From the NCBI RefSeq assembly GCF_006345805.1, contig NC_043003.1:14880001-14944000 (forward strand): a DNA stretch of 64,000 nucleotides, read 5' to 3'. This document shows positions 1-13,020 of this stretch, one piece after another. Source of the stretch: Octopus sinensis. Taxonomy: Eukaryota. Both the position numbers and the translations under genes were made by a program. Each line of letters starts with the position of its first letter. Positions within the stretch are counted from its first letter, which is position 1. Under the pieces are notes generated by a model, which was not told the origin of the DNA, did no database searches, and worked only from the letters and a program-made list of their open reading frames with translations.

Positions 1-66
1 AAGCAGACGTTAAATGACGATGATGATGGTGTTAATGACTGCTACCTAGAATGTGAGTCAACAAAT

Positions 67-390
67 AAATCCAGAGGTTGTTTTAGGATTTCAAAGTAAA
101 ATTAAATGAAAATAACTTGGAAAACAATGGATTTTTTAATTTTTTATTTCCCTTGAAAAGTCATTCATGTTGAAAAAAATTATTTGTATTTCAACAGTTT
201 TTCACTGAAAAGCTAAAATAAGACTTGACAGAGAAATTCAAGGGTTGTTTTTGAGGATTTCAAAGTAAAGTTAAGAGAAAATAACTTGAACAATAAATTC
301 TTATTTTCGTTATTTCCATTGAAGAATCACGTGAATTGTAAAAAGTTGCTTGTTTTCCGATAGACTTCTTTAGGTAAAACACTCAAATAT
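67..390. repeat. Diverged tandem duplication, period about 170 bp
   Basis: GGTTGTTTT(T)(G)AGGATTTCAAAGTAAA..AAAATAACTTG occurs near 75 and again near 242, with continued similarity downstream. Confidence 0.6.
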
Positions 391-714
391 GATGTTTTTA
401 CATTTGGTTTGCCTGATTTTTGATGTGAACTCAAGTGTTGGAGGATACTTTAATATATCTCAGGAGAATCATCAAGCAAATAATAAACACACACACCAGT
501 TTTATTTCACTTCTTTTATCATTATTAGCCAGTTGGTTAACCATTCAACCAATTAACTAATTAATTATTTGATTAAGTTGACATCAATGTATGATGTGGC
601 GGAGAGTGAGAAAGAGAAAATATATATATATATATATTATATATACAAAAAAAAAAAACTTGAAGAGAAATACATACTGTCAAAGAACTTGAAAAGTGTT
701 TGAAAATTTTTCCA

Positions 715-1132
715 GGAGTGGCTGTGGGGTAAGTAGCTTGCTTACCAACCACATGATTCCGGGTTCAGTCCCACTGCATGGCACCTTGGGCAAGTGTCTT
801 CTACTATAGCCTCAGGCCGACCAAAGCCTTGTGAGTGGATTTGGTAGACGGAAACTGAAAGAAGCCCATCATATATATGTATATATATATATATTTGTAT
901 GTATGTGTGTGTGTATTTGTTTGTGTGTCTGTGTTTGTCCTCCCCCCAACATCGCTTGACAACCGATGCTGGTGTGTTTACATCCCCGTAACTTAGCGGT
1001 TCTGCAAAAGAGACCAATAGAATAAGAACTAGGCTTACAAAGAATAAGTCCTGGGGTCGATTTGTTCAACTAAAGGTGGTGCTCCAGCACGGTTGCAGTC
1101 AAATGACTGAAACAAGTAAAAGAGTAAAAGAG
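715..1132 (+). mobile_element. tRNA-derived SINE with CORE-like motif and central (TA/TG)n; the most abundant family in the window
   Basis: Head GGAGTGGCTGTGGGGTAAG..GGGTTCAGTCCC, then GGCACCTTGGGCAAGTGTCTT (CORE-like) and tail GACTGAAACAAGTAAAAGA. Similar copies (approximate) at 10798-11219(+), 16665-17105(+), 19213-19625(-), 21480-21815(-), 43405-43785(+), 45601-45985(-), 48507-48900(-), 53748-54125(-). Confidence 0.9.
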
Positions 1133-1589
1133 TAAAGATGGCAAATAAATCACACATGGCCTGATTCTCTGCTGGTTACAATGGCAAAAGTTCCAGGTGA
1201 TCTGATCAACGAACTACCTGCTTGTGAAATTAATGTACATATGGCTGAGTACTCCACAGACATGTGTACCCTTAATGAGATTCAGCGTGACATACCAAAT
1301 GTGACAATGCTGGTCCTTTGGAATAATAGGTACTACTCATTTTTGCCAGGTAAATGAACTGGAGCAATGAGAAATAAAGTGTCTTGCTCAAGAACACAAC
1401 ACACCACTGAGAATGGAACCTGTGACCTTATGATCGCGAGTTGAATAGCTTAACCCCTAAGCCATGTACCTCTCTTAAAAAAAGTGGTTCTCTGTTGGTT
1501 ACAGTGATATACATTCCATTGATACAATCAATCGAACTTGAAATTGATGTGCAAGTGGCCGAGCACTCTACAGACACAGATATCCTTAA

Positions 1590-1985
1590 CTGGCAGTATT
1601 GCCCGGCGTTGATCGGGTTTGTTTCAACCCTTTAGGATTGGAATTTTTGAAAAGTAAAAATTTTGCATTATGTAGCTTGTTATTCTCTTTAAGTGAACAT
1701 TTTTCTGGTTGAAATACACCGAAAAATAGCGACACAGCAGACAAAAAATCGTAAAAAATAGGGATTTTCATAGAAAAAAAGCACCTTTTTGATGTAAATA
1801 AATTTTGGTCTTAACATGGTCTGATTTGAAATTTTTCTTCTACGGAATGAAGAGCAAGCCTTTTTCTATCATACTCTCAATTTTGGTGAACTTGTGCTGC
1901 AGGGTCTCGGAGGAGATAGTGTTAGTTGAAGCCTACCAAACCAGCTACACACAGACAACTTCAGCTTTATATATATATATGTAGA
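1590..1985 (-). mobile_element. Non-autonomous Helitron-like element nested in a SINE
   Basis: The minus strand starts TCTAC(AT)nAAAGCTGAAGTTG, ends with a CCCGATCAACGCCGGG hairpin followed by ..CCAG, and sits between A and T. The two halves of a SINE flank it. Confidence 0.6.
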
Positions 1986-2079
1986 TCTCAGGAGAATTCA
2001 ACATGACATAATACATGTGACAAGGCTGGCCCTTTAAAATACAGATACTATTCATTTCTGCCAGCTGAATGAACTGGAG

Positions 2080-2605
2080 CAGGGGTCACCAAACGTTTTT
2101 CCCAGCGAACCAGATAACTGAGAGAATGATGAGCGTGGGCTGCATAACCGCTTTGTCCAATACAATACAATGAATACACAAACAATAAAGACAATCAACA
2201 TATTTATTTATCAAAAAGTTTTCGAAGAAGGTGACGGTAGCAAAAGATAGTTATACCTCATCCAATGCGCATATAATCAAATCTCACAAACTAAGCAGCA
2301 AAAAAGGTTGGTGAGATTTGTGAAACTGGTGTTTAGTTTTTAGGATATCATTAATATTTGCTTTGGAATTGCTGCATCCAACCAAGAGAATTGCTTTCAA
2401 ATGTTTATCAATCAGCCTAGTTCGATGTGCTGACTTCACATTCTTCATTATGGAAAAACGTTTGCTCACAGACATAAGTTGTTCCAAACACTGGTACTAT
2501 ACCAGAAGCAAATGTGGGTACTTACACAAAAGGTACAGAGCAGCAGCGGGTCGGATAAATTGACCTCAGAGACCAGATCCGGCCTGCGGGCTGTAGTTTA
2601 GTGAC
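2080..2605 (-). mobile_element. Internally deleted hAT transposon (Buster/Charlie-like C-terminus) nested in a SINE
   Basis: Left TIR CAGGGGTCACCAAAC, partial right TIR GTTTAGTGAC, partial target duplication (AA)CTGGAG. The minus-strand ORF 2284-2487 reads FSIMKNVKSAHRTRLIDKHLKAILLVGCSN..KHQFHKSH, a typical hAT dimerisation-domain end. Confidence 0.75.
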
Positions 2606-2829
2606 TGGAGTAACAAGAAATAAAGCGTCTTGCTCAAGGACACAACACACCACTGGGAATGGAACCCATGTCCTTACGATCACAATCCATACTTCCTAAC
2701 CACTAAACCAAGTGCCTTCTCATCATACATGCAGGAATACAAATTATGAAGAATATGCCTATTTGCTTATAGCAAAATTTCTAAGTTTGAAATTAATTGG
2801 TTTTTAAAAGGGCTATCATCGTGCTTATT

Positions 2830-3306
2830 TAGATTCTTGTGAAATCCAAGCCTCCTGGAATCTGTCCAGAGACATGCAACCAAACGCATACCCTCCATCA
2901 GACACCTACCATATTCTGAGCGCCTTGTTTCCCTGGGCATGGATTCACTGAAGCTCCGGCGTCTGGCGACGGACTTGGTAAACACCCACAAAGTTATCAA
3001 CCACCTCACCAACAACAACACTGAACACCTTTTTGATCTCCATGTGTCTAACACACGTGGACATGCCTACAAAGTCAGAAAACAACACAGCTCCCATGAC
3101 TTTCGGAAACATTTCTTCACGCTCAGAGCTGCTGAAGCATGGAATAAACTGCCTGCGTCAGTTGTTGACTGCCATGGCATTGCATCCTTTAAGGCCCTCA
3201 TGCTTTCCGAAATCCGCCAAAACTACACCTGATTATATATACACTTTAGATGAGTTGTAGTGCACCTGAGCACTGTACACAATTATTATTATTATTATTA
3301 TTATTA
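2830..3306 (+). mobile_element. CR1-clade LINE 3' fragment
   Basis: ORF 2939-3232 (SLKLRRLATDLVNTHK..TRGHAYK..RKHFFTLRAAEAWNKLPASVV) is a CR1 ORF2 C-terminus, followed by a short 3' UTR and an (ATT)n tail. Confidence 0.85.
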
Positions 3307-3479
3307 AGAATTGTTTAAAATGCAATTCTGTGATTTTGATTGGTTCAAATTTGTAGAATTGCTATCTTTTAGTAGACTTCACTTGCCTTTCTATGATTGA
3401 GGCTGTTCACTTGATCTCCCCATCAGAATTCATTTTGCCACATTAAATGTTTTAGCTTCTTTTCCCAGTGTGTTTTATA

Positions 3480-4180
3480 GCCAGTCAGTATACATACATG
3501 CATACATACATGCATACATACAACCATACATACAAGCATACATACATACATACACACCAGCATACATACATACATACATACATACATACATACATACATA
3601 CATACATACATACGTACATACATGCATACAAACATACATACATACAACCATACACACAAGCATGCATACAAACATACATACATACATACAGACAGACAGA
3701 CAGACAGACATACTTACATACATACATACATACAAACATACGAGCATACATACCAACATACATACATACATACATACAAACATATATACATGCATACATA
3801 CAAACATACATACAAACATACATACAAACATACGAGCATACATACATACCAACATACATACATACATATATACATACATACATACATGCTTACATACATG
3901 CAAACATATATACTTACATACATGCATACATACATGCAAACATATATACTTACATACATGCATACATACATACAACCATACAAGCATACAAACATGCATA
4001 CATACTTACATACATACATATACATACACATACACACATACATACATAAATATACATACACATATACAAACATACACACACATACATACGTACACACATA
4101 CACACATACATACATACATACATACATACATACATACATACATACATACATACATACATACATGCATACATACGTATACA
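3480..4180. repeat. Long degenerate (TACA)n microsatellite
   Basis: About 700 bp of TACA/CATA units, read directly. Confidence 0.95.
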
Positions 4181-6049
4181 TAATTTTATGGCTGATTTAG
4201 TGAAATTATCCATCTACCTATCTCTAAACACACACACACATAAATTCCATCACTATAGCATTTGATATATACACGATACAAATAAAACATTTGTTACAAT
4301 GATATAAAAACAAAATTTTGTTATAAAATTTTAAAAACAAGAGATAACAATGATATACACACTTCATTATTATACTAAAACTACAAAACTGTGCAATAAA
4401 ATTTATTAATGATTAATTCATAAACAAAATATAAAGTTGAATAATGCTTAAATCCTTTAAAAACATTATATATAAACATTACATATTTTGTATATCATTT
4501 AAGTTGGTCTTTATGCTACTTCCGAGTTGAATAGCTCATTTGACAATAAGTCCTTTCAACAAAAAGTTCATTTGGCAACCATTTGCCCATGCAAGACAAT
4601 GAAATATAAGTGGGAAAAACAAACAAATGGTGATTGAACTTCGTTTGGAATGGATAGAAAATAAAAACTAATTTGAAATGGTTTGTGAATTGAGCAGAAT
4701 ATTTTAAATGAAGTGTAATACGTAATGTGACTGGGTTTGGTAGGAATGATGTCAGTTTGGTGGGAAAGAAAACCAGAAGTTTGCTGACGAAAATATTAAA
4801 ACAAATTATATTAATTAACAAATTTGTGTGTGTGTGTGTGTGAGTTTGTTTGCACCCGTGTATATATGTAAAGAGAAAGATGTAGGCATGGTTATGTGGT
4901 AAGAAGTCTTCTGCTACAGCCTTGGTCCGACCAAAGTCTTGTGAATGGATTTGGTAGATGGAAACTGGAAGAAGCCTGTGTCAGCATGTGCCTCCTAACG
5001 ACAATGTAAATTTCATATAATTAAGATACCCTTAGCCTGAAGAGTAAGCCTGTGGCATACACCTCACTTGGATGCTTGCCACTTCTGAGGTTTGGCTTGT
5101 TATGAAACATATGTAACTCGGATTTTATCCACTCCATTCTTTAACTCTTGTGTGTGTGAGTGTGTGTATGTGTGTGTGGGTGTGAGAGAGAGAGTATGTC
5201 TGTGTGTGTGTGCCTCTGTGTGTGTGTGTTTCTGTGTGTATGCACCTGTGTGTGTGTGTTTGTGTGCCTCTGTATGTGTGTTGTGTTTCTGTGTGTGTGC
5301 ATCTGTGTCTGTGTGTGTGTATTTCTGTGTGTGTGAGTGCATATATACAAAGTATGGGATTTACTTCACAGGTGATCTAAACGATTAGGTACACTAGGTA
5401 AGTACTGTTACAGATTACTAGGGCTCCAAGGTTATAGCGGAGATGGTAGTTATGGAGCCATTGCAGATTTCTGATGCAGTGGATATATGATTGTCCTCTT
5501 TAACAATTATATATATATATATATATAATAGCCTTGTTTGTCTCGTGTGGATATGGTTAACACTAGGTTGGACCTGCTGAAGAAAATCAAACCTTGTGAG
5601 TTCTTCATGACTCGCTAAAAGATGATTAGAAACCAATTGGTCCAGGATACTAGATGGTAAATGTTTTTCATTTCCAAATTTATTCCTGTCGAATTTTATC
5701 CCAAATTTTTTGTGGTTATAGAACTTAGCTGTTCTTTCTAGAGCATAGAATCCCTATAAGTGGATTCTCTATGTGTTTAAATATACACTATAGCATATGA
5801 CTATTATATAGTCTTTTTGACTAAAATTTTTTACGTGTTAGACCACTGGAAATGTAAATTTTAATTGAATGTTTTTAATTTTAATTAAATTCCATTTCCC
5901 TTTGATATGATTTTATATATATATATATATATATAGATATATATATCGGAGTAAACACATAAAAGTGAAACAAGGTGGAAAAAAGAGTACTCAAATACCA
6001 GTGGTAGAGTAATATACTTTATTCAAAGCAGCAGAAAATTCAACAAAAC

Positions 6050-6087
6050 CTGTTACTCTGAGTTTCCCGTTGCCGTTCGTCGGACAG
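6050..6087 (-). ncRNA. Minimal type I hammerhead-like motif (non-canonical U4C core)
   Basis: CUGU-CCGACGA-ACG-GCAA-CGG-GAAA-CUC-A-GAG-UA-ACAG. Stem I CUGU/ACAG, stem III ACUC-A-GAGU, GUA cleavage triplet. Confidence 0.55.
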
Positions 6088-6217
6088 TTTTTGCTAGAAT
6101 GGAACCGATATGTGGATTCTATCCAGACTATTGTAAACGCTACACCTTTTTTTTTAAAGGTGTAGTGTTTACAATAGTCTGGATAGAATCCACATATCGG
6201 TTCCATTCTAGCAAAAA

Positions 6218-6255
6218 CTGTCCGACGAACAGCAACGGGAAACTCAGAGTAACAG
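6218..6255 (+). ncRNA. Minimal type I hammerhead-like motif, mirror copy (stem II weakened)
   Basis: CUGU-CCGACGA-ACA-GCAA-CGG-GAAA-CUC-A-GAG-UA-ACAG. Confidence 0.5.
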
Positions 6256-6288
6256 GTTTTGTTGAATTTTCTGCTGCTTTGAATAAAG

Positions 6289-6326
<38 letters not shown>

Positions 6327-7554
6327 AAATAATGTTTGTATGTGTGTGTGTATGTGTGCCTGTGTTTATCTCCTACCACAACTTGATAACCAGTATTAGT
6401 GTTTTTATGTTCTCATAATATTAGCAGTTCAGCAAAAGAGATTGATAGACTAAGTAGCAGATTTAAAAATAAAAACAAAAAAAGTACTGAGGTTGATTTA
6501 TTTGATTAAAAATGTCTTCAAGGCAGTGCCCCAGCATGGCCATCGTCCAATGACTGAAACAAGTAAAAGATAAAAGATATATATGTGTGTGTGAGTGTGT
6601 GTGTATATATATATATATATCTATATATGTATATGTTTTTTACGTGACACCAGCACTGGCAGGATCACTAATTCGTTGGTGACCCTGCCATTGCTGGTGC
6701 CACTTAAAAAGCATCCATTCCACTCTGTGAAGTGGTCGGCATCTGGAAGGGCATCCAGCTGTAAAAACCATGCCAAAACTGACCTTGCCTGTGCTTGTGC
6801 CACGTAAAAAGCACTCAGCCCACTCTGCAGTGGGGTTGGCATCTGGAAGGGCATCTGGCTGTAAAAATCCTGTCAAAACTAACACAGAATTATGGTGCAG
6901 TCTTCTGCCTGTCTAGCTCCGATCAAACCGTCCAATCCATGCCAGCATGGAAGGCAGACATTAGATGATGTTGATGATAATATGGACATATATACAAATG
7001 TGAATATATATATATATATATATAGTTGAAATTTACAGAGAAACAAAAGATGAAGATAGCTGTATAAACAACAAGCAGGTGTATTTGTTTAATGCTCGGG
7101 AAGGTGAGAAAGTCTTTTACATTTCAGGCCTATGCTCTTCAACAGGAAATAAACAGAGAAAGGAAATAATTGAGGAAATAAACAGTGAGAGAGTAAGAAA
7201 GACTTTTGGAGTTAGTGGTCAATCATATATATGGTATTTGCATTTGTATTTGTGTACCATTTCTCCATTTTTTTCCATCCTTGTTTTCATATACATTTGC
7301 TGCTTTCTTCCAAGGAATCTAGTGTTCTTAGCTTAGTTTTTCCTTGGAACTGGCCAGATTGGAGCAATCTTGAGTATAACCAGCCGAAACTGCAAAGATA
7401 ATCTGGAACTCGACTGAAGAAAGAAAGCTCCAAATGACCCATGTTTGTTTTTTTTTTATCCTGCTTTTGTATCATCTGTCTGGATGTTTTGCGTTCTTGT
7501 CTCATTTTTATATTCCTTTTTGTATAGATATATATACATACATATATTACATAC

Positions 7555-7593
<39 letters not shown>

Positions 7594-7705
7594 CACTCAC
7601 ACACACACATATATATATACATATATATACACACATATATATATATATACATATATATATAAATATATATGTATACATACATATATATACATACATTTAT
7701 ATGTG

Positions 7706-7742
<37 letters not shown>

Positions 7743-8245
7743 GTATATTAAAGGTATTAGGGTAGCTGATATTTTTCTTTTTCTTTCTTTTTTTTCTTTC
7801 CCCTATTCTCTCTCTCTTCCAAGGTGGAATTTGAGAGGTTGAGATGTACTTTTAAATTAGATTGTTATCTTAGTTTCGTTGTTGTTGTTGCTGTTGTTGT
7901 TGTTTTGTGTTCCTACACCCTTGCATGTAAACAGTGCAGTCCCTTCAACCTTTTTATTCATTCATTTGTTTGTTTGTTTGTTTATTTATTTATGTCTATA
8001 TCCTTTGATTTGTTTGTTTGTTTGTTTGTTTCCTTTCCAAGATTTTTTCCCTTTCTCCTTCTTCCTCTCTTCCTTTCTTCCTTTCTTTGGTGAGGGTAAT
8101 AGTAATAGCAGCAGTGGTGGTGGTGGTGGTGGTGTGGTGGTGGTGGTGGCAGTGTTGTTATTGTTGCTGTTGGTGGTTGCGGTGGTGCTGGTAGTGGTAG
8201 TGTTGTTATTGTTGTTGTTGCTGGTGGTTGTGGTGGCGGTGGTCG

Positions 8246-8276
<31 letters not shown>

Positions 8277-8629
8277 CTTGTTCTTGTTGTCGTTGTTGTT
8301 GTTGTTATGGTAGTGGTAGTGGTAGTGGTATAGATTGTGTAGGTGGTAGTAATGGTAGTGGTGTTGACAGAAATGAGAAAAAAGAGGAGAAAAATTTGGT
8401 GCAACTAAAGAATAGACATTTATATGCTTATATATGTACAACAATGCATGCACACATACAAACATATGCACCTACACATGCAATACGTGCACTGAGGTCG
8501 ACTTTGCCTTTTATCCTTTTGGGATCAATAAATTAAGTACCAGTTGCATTCTGGGGTCGATCTAATTGACTGGCTCCCTCCCCCAAAATTTCAAGCCTTG
8601 TGCCTAGAGTAGAAAAGAATATACACATA

Positions 8630-9145
8630 TGTGAGACCCCCTTCGGTCATGACTGACCATGGGATTGCACGTAGAAAGTTACCCTCCAAAGCACAAGTCC
8701 GGTTAAGGTTGTTTATGGAAGACCAGCAGTTGCTCATGCCTCCAAGACTCCCCTCTCCATGCCACCGATGTTATCCAAGGGAAAGGCAATGGCCAATACA
8801 GCTTGGCACCTGTGACATCACAGCTCATGTATTAACGTGCAAGTGGCTGAGCACTCCACGGACACGTGTCCCCTTAACGTAGTTCTCGGGGAGATTCAGC
8901 ATGACACAGGGTGTGGCAAGGCTGGCCTTTTGAAATACAGGTACAACAGAAACAGGAAGTAAGAGTGAGAGAAAGTTGTGGTGAAAGAGTACAGCAGGAT
9001 TCACCACCACCCTCTGTCAGAGCCTCGTGGAGCTTTAAGTGTTTTTGCTCAATAAACACTCACAATGCCCGGTCTGGGAATCAAAACCACGATCCTACAA
9101 CCGCAAGTCCTCTGCCCTAACCACTGGGCCATTGCGCCTCCACAT
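8630..9145 (-). mobile_element. Long tRNA-headed SINE
   Basis: Minus-strand head GGAGGCGCAATGGCCCAGTGGTTAGGGCAG with A/B-box-like motifs. The body motif CCCCTTCGGTCATG..CTAGAAAGTTACCCTCC is shared with the copy at about 20190-20536. Confidence 0.75.
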
Positions 9146-10543
9146 ATGTATACACATTTAAACCTGCCATATCTGGCTCAAATATTCTGTTTTATGTTCA
9201 AACTAACCAGATCTGGCCTCTCACTCCAACCCTACAATATCATCTTAAAAATTAACAGTTATCTTGTCAAAACCTCAAAGCTATGAGATAATGCATGATT
9301 AACTCAAAATGTGAATAAATAAGTCTTACATTCGACAGAATAATCTGAATGCTAAAGGGTTAAACTAGCCATATCCAACTGAAATGTCCTACCTGTTTTA
9401 TCCTTAAACTGGCCAGATTTGACCTCTCACACTAACCCTACAAAATCAAATAAAATTAACAGATATCTCGTCAAAATCTCAAATCTGTCTACCTAATCCA
9501 CTCCCAAGGCTTTGATCAGCCTGAGGTTATAACAGAAGACATTTGTGCAAGGTGCCATGCAGTGGGGTTGAACCCAGAACCCAGAACCATGTTGGTTGGG
9601 AAGCAAACTTCTTATCACATAACCATGCAGAGCTTCTCTCAGTTTCCATCTATCAAATCTACTCACAAGGTCTTGGTTGGGGAAGCAAGCTTCTTACCAC
9701 ACAACCATTTTGTAAAATATCTGCTATTTTACAAGTATTCGAATTCTGATAACTTGCTTTGTTTTTTTTCTTTTATTCTGTCAGGATGGTCACAGCTGGA
9801 ATACCTTTAATATAATAGGTTTGTTGAGTCAGGATTGACCTAGGGATGAACAAAAATGACTCTAGCAGAAAAGAGTAAAAAACATAAAAATTTAAAAAAT
9901 AATAATTAAGCCATAAATTTCAAAAGATAACAGTGGCAATGGTGGTGTGACGGAGCGGAGGGGTGGGGAAGGGGTAAACCCCCACAAACAAGTAATCTCA
10001 TCTGAAGACAGGAAGCAGGCTTTTACTTCCTTATCAAAGAATTTAGCTACAAGCTATGTAAGAAATGTTGCTAGTCATGGCATTAGAAGGCACCTGAAAG
10101 AAATTGGATACTTTGGAGGGATTTTAAACCCTGCATTCTTTCTTCTAAAACAGACCCAATTATCAGAAAGAAAAAAACAAAATCCCCCCCCCCCGCTTTT
10201 CCCCAAAATATTGTTTATACAAAACAGTCACTTTGTCTCTACACTGCAACAGACCTCAGTTTCTTCCAAAATGTTATTTTTTTTTTAAAGCCATCTGAGA
10301 CGATTCTGTGAGAGGTCGGAGGAAGATGCTCGTCAGCCAGTAAGAAGTTTTAAAAGTAGTAATGGCTGTGTGGGTAGGAAGCTTGTTTTGTAATCCTTTG
10401 GCTGTGGGTTCAGACCCATTACGCAGTGCCTGGGGCAAGTAAGTGTCTTCTATAGTCCTAGGCCAACCAATAATTGGTTGATGGAATTTGTGTGGAAACC
10501 CCTCATGTATGTGTGTATATACATATTTATATATGTGTGTGTA

Positions 10544-10611
<68 letters not shown>

Positions 10612-11429
10612 AGTGTGTGTGTATGTATAGGATTGGAAGGATGGTTTCCCTTTGTAAATACTGATAGGGCACAGAAAGTGTGTCAATAGCCAGCTGGAGG
10701 AGGTGTCCTCCTGGGACTACAAGCTACAGTAGCATCCATCCTTAAGGGTTAGCCACATTTAAGTAGCAAATATACTTCACAATATATATATATATATAGG
10801 TGCAGGAATTGCTATGTGGTAAGTAGCTTGCTTACCAACCAAATAGTTCTGGGTTCAGTCCCACTGTGTGGTATCATGGGCAAGTGTCTTCTACTATAGC
10901 CTTGGGCCGAACAAAGCCTTGTGAGTGGATTTGGTAGACGGAAACTGAAAGAAGCCTGTTGTATGTGTGTGTGTATGTGTGTGCATTTGTGCGTGTTTCT
11001 GGTTCTGTCCCCCCACCATCGCTTGACAACTGATGTTGGTGTGTTTACATCCTCGTAACTTAGCAGTTTGACAAAAGAGACCTATAGAATAAGTACTAGG
11101 CTTACAAAGAACAAGTCCTGGGTTCGATTTGCTCCAGTAAAGGCGGTGCTCCAGCATGGCCGCAGTCAAATGACTGAAACAAGTAAAAGAGTAAAAGAGT
11201 AAATAAAAGAATAAAAGAATATATAAGTATTCTTTTATTCTTTTACTTGTTTCAGTTATTTGACTGCAGCCATGCTGGGGCACTTCCTTGAAGGATTTTT
11301 GTCAAATATATTCACCCCAGGACTTATTTTTAAAGCCTAATCCTTATTCTATTGGTCTCTTTTGCCAAGCCACTAATTTATGTGGACATAAACACAACAA
11401 CACCGGTTTTCAAGGGATGATGGATGTTT

Positions 11430-12110
11430 GTACATATTTGGGGACACGGCAAGCCATCAGTTTGTTCAATGTGTTCACCATCTGATCCTGGCAGAAATTT
11501 TTCTCTTCTGAGAAAAACTAAAGCATGTTCGGTTGGAGGGGGATGCTTGAGTTCGTTCAAAAATCTTCTTAGCATGGTCTTTCCTCTTGTATTAAGTGGC
11601 TTGGGTAAAAAATTATCCCTTTCTCACCTTGTATGAGGAATACTGAATGTCTTCATGCACTGACTACCTGATAAGGAACTCAGACACTCCTATGTCCCTG
11701 GCAATGGACCTGATTGACTTGGAGGGATCGTTGTCAATCATGGCCGGGATCTCACCAACAAAACCAGAAGTTCTTTCCTCATCAGAAGTTGGCATACCAA
11801 GTTGGCATACCATCCAAGTTGGCATACCATCATAACCACCATTAGATTCATCCAACTCTTCCCAAATCCTCTGCACTATCCTCAGATTGACACCCAAACA
11901 CTCTGAAATGTTTGTATTGCAGCTTCTGGCACAAATACCAAGCAGTACAGCATGTTGTTTCCAAATTTCTGGCAGAGTGAATTGCATCATGGTCCTGTTT
12001 TTCTCACAGACAGTGCCCAACTAACCCTACTATACTGTGTAGTAAAAAAAATCAAAAACAAACAATGTACATGCGCAAAATTAAACAGCAACAATTTGCC
12101 CATCACACCC
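11430..12110 (-). mobile_element. Tc1/mariner-superfamily transposon 5' remnant
   Basis: Minus-strand ORF 11664-12020 has an HTH-like segment (IDNDPSKSIRSIARDIGVSEFLIR). A TIR-like end CAGGGTGTGATGGGCAAATTG lies near 12110. Stops and frameshifts are present. Confidence 0.7.
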
Positions 12111-12159
12111 TGAATATGTATATATACATATACATACATATATATCATCATCATCATTG

Positions 12160-12590
12160 TTTAATGTCTGCTTTCCATGCTAGCATGGGTTGAGACGATT
12201 TTACTGAGGATTGGTGAGCCAGATGGCTGCACCAGGCTCCAGTCTGATCTGGCAGAATTTCTACAGCTGGATGCCCTTCCTAATGCCAACCACTCCGAGA
12301 GTGTAGTGGGTGCTTTTACATGCCACCGGCACGAGGGCCAGTTAGGCGGTACTGGCAACGGCCACACTCAAATGGCCGTTTTTTACACGGCACCTGCACA
12401 GGAGTCAGTCCAGCAGCACTGGCAACGACCTCACTCGAATGTTTTTTCACGTGCCGGTAAGGCGACGCAGGTAACAATCATGCTCGAATGGTGCTTTTTA
12501 CATGCCACCGGCACAGAAGCCAGTTAACTGCTCTGGCAACGATCAAGCTCAGATGGTGCTCCTAGCACTCCACTAGCATGGATGCCAGTC
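12160..12590 (-). mobile_element. SINE with several diverged ~55-60 bp internal modules
   Basis: Plus strand reads TTTCCATGCTAGCATGGGTTG..GGATGCCCTTCCTAATGCCAACCACTCCGAGAG, then repeated GGCAACG..TTTT(T)ACRTGCC modules. Relatives at 21990-22420, 52865-53225 and 6640-6970. Confidence 0.7.
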
Positions 12591-12699
12591 ATCAAATTTG
12601 ATTTCGATATATGTGTGCATATGTGTGTGTGTGTGTAGGTATGTTTGCATGTTTGTGCTTGTGTTTGTCCCCTCCACCCCCTTGTCCAGACTATCTGCT

Positions 12700-13020
12700 G
12701 TTTGACTTGAGAAAACACAATTGTTTAGAGGATAAATATATTTATGATGACGATGCATCTGCTTATTTTATCAAACGAGATGAAATGCATCTACAAAAAT
12801 CATGTAACTGAGAACTTGCTTTGGACTGGGCAGTCTACAGACATGATGATGTCTATTATGCATTTACGGCAGGTCATTAAGTTGAAGCTGAATCGAAGAA
12901 ATTTGGAACCAAAGAATTCTTTATTCAGAAAGAATGGTAGAAATTAGAATAGAAATCACAGAGGAAAGCTTTGCAAACGGCATGATTAAAATGTCTAAGA
13001 AATGACTAAGATAATGAAAT
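12700..13020 (+). pseudogene. Decayed Tc1-like (DDE) transposase C-terminal fragment
   Basis: Frameshifted KYIYDDDASAY (compare FQQDNAxxH) and LLWTGQSTDMMMSIMHLRQVIKLKLNRRNLEPKN (compare WPxQSPDLNPIExLW..LK). Confidence 0.5.

Larger units (their letters stand above)
5948..6293. mobile_element. Fold-back element (family 2): 282-bp palindrome plus a 64-bp extension on one side, embedded in (TA)n
   Basis: 6012-6149 is the reverse complement of 6156-6293 with 2 mismatches; the loop is T6. The left arm continues outward over 5948-6011. Confidence 0.85.

Noticed and set aside
3423-4213. Long ORFs of 130-237 aa (also the His-, Met-, Ile-, Phe- and Tyr-rich ORFs at 7.3-8.5, 17.5, 20.7-21.4, 30.3, 32.6, 34-39.7, 49.4, 51.9 and 60.9 kb)
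   Set aside because: They are translations of di-, tri- and tetranucleotide repeats that lack stop codons, and they are open in several frames on both strands.
5991-6332. Two overlapping ORFs with near-identical peptides on opposite strands
   Set aside because: A direct consequence of the palindrome; no protein family is recognisable.
7341-7520. CTGAAGA..CC(G/A)AATG motif in a repeat also found at 57975-58140; possible third hammerhead family
   Set aside because: There is no GAAA after a pairable stem II and no stem I complement, and the two copies disagree in the core.
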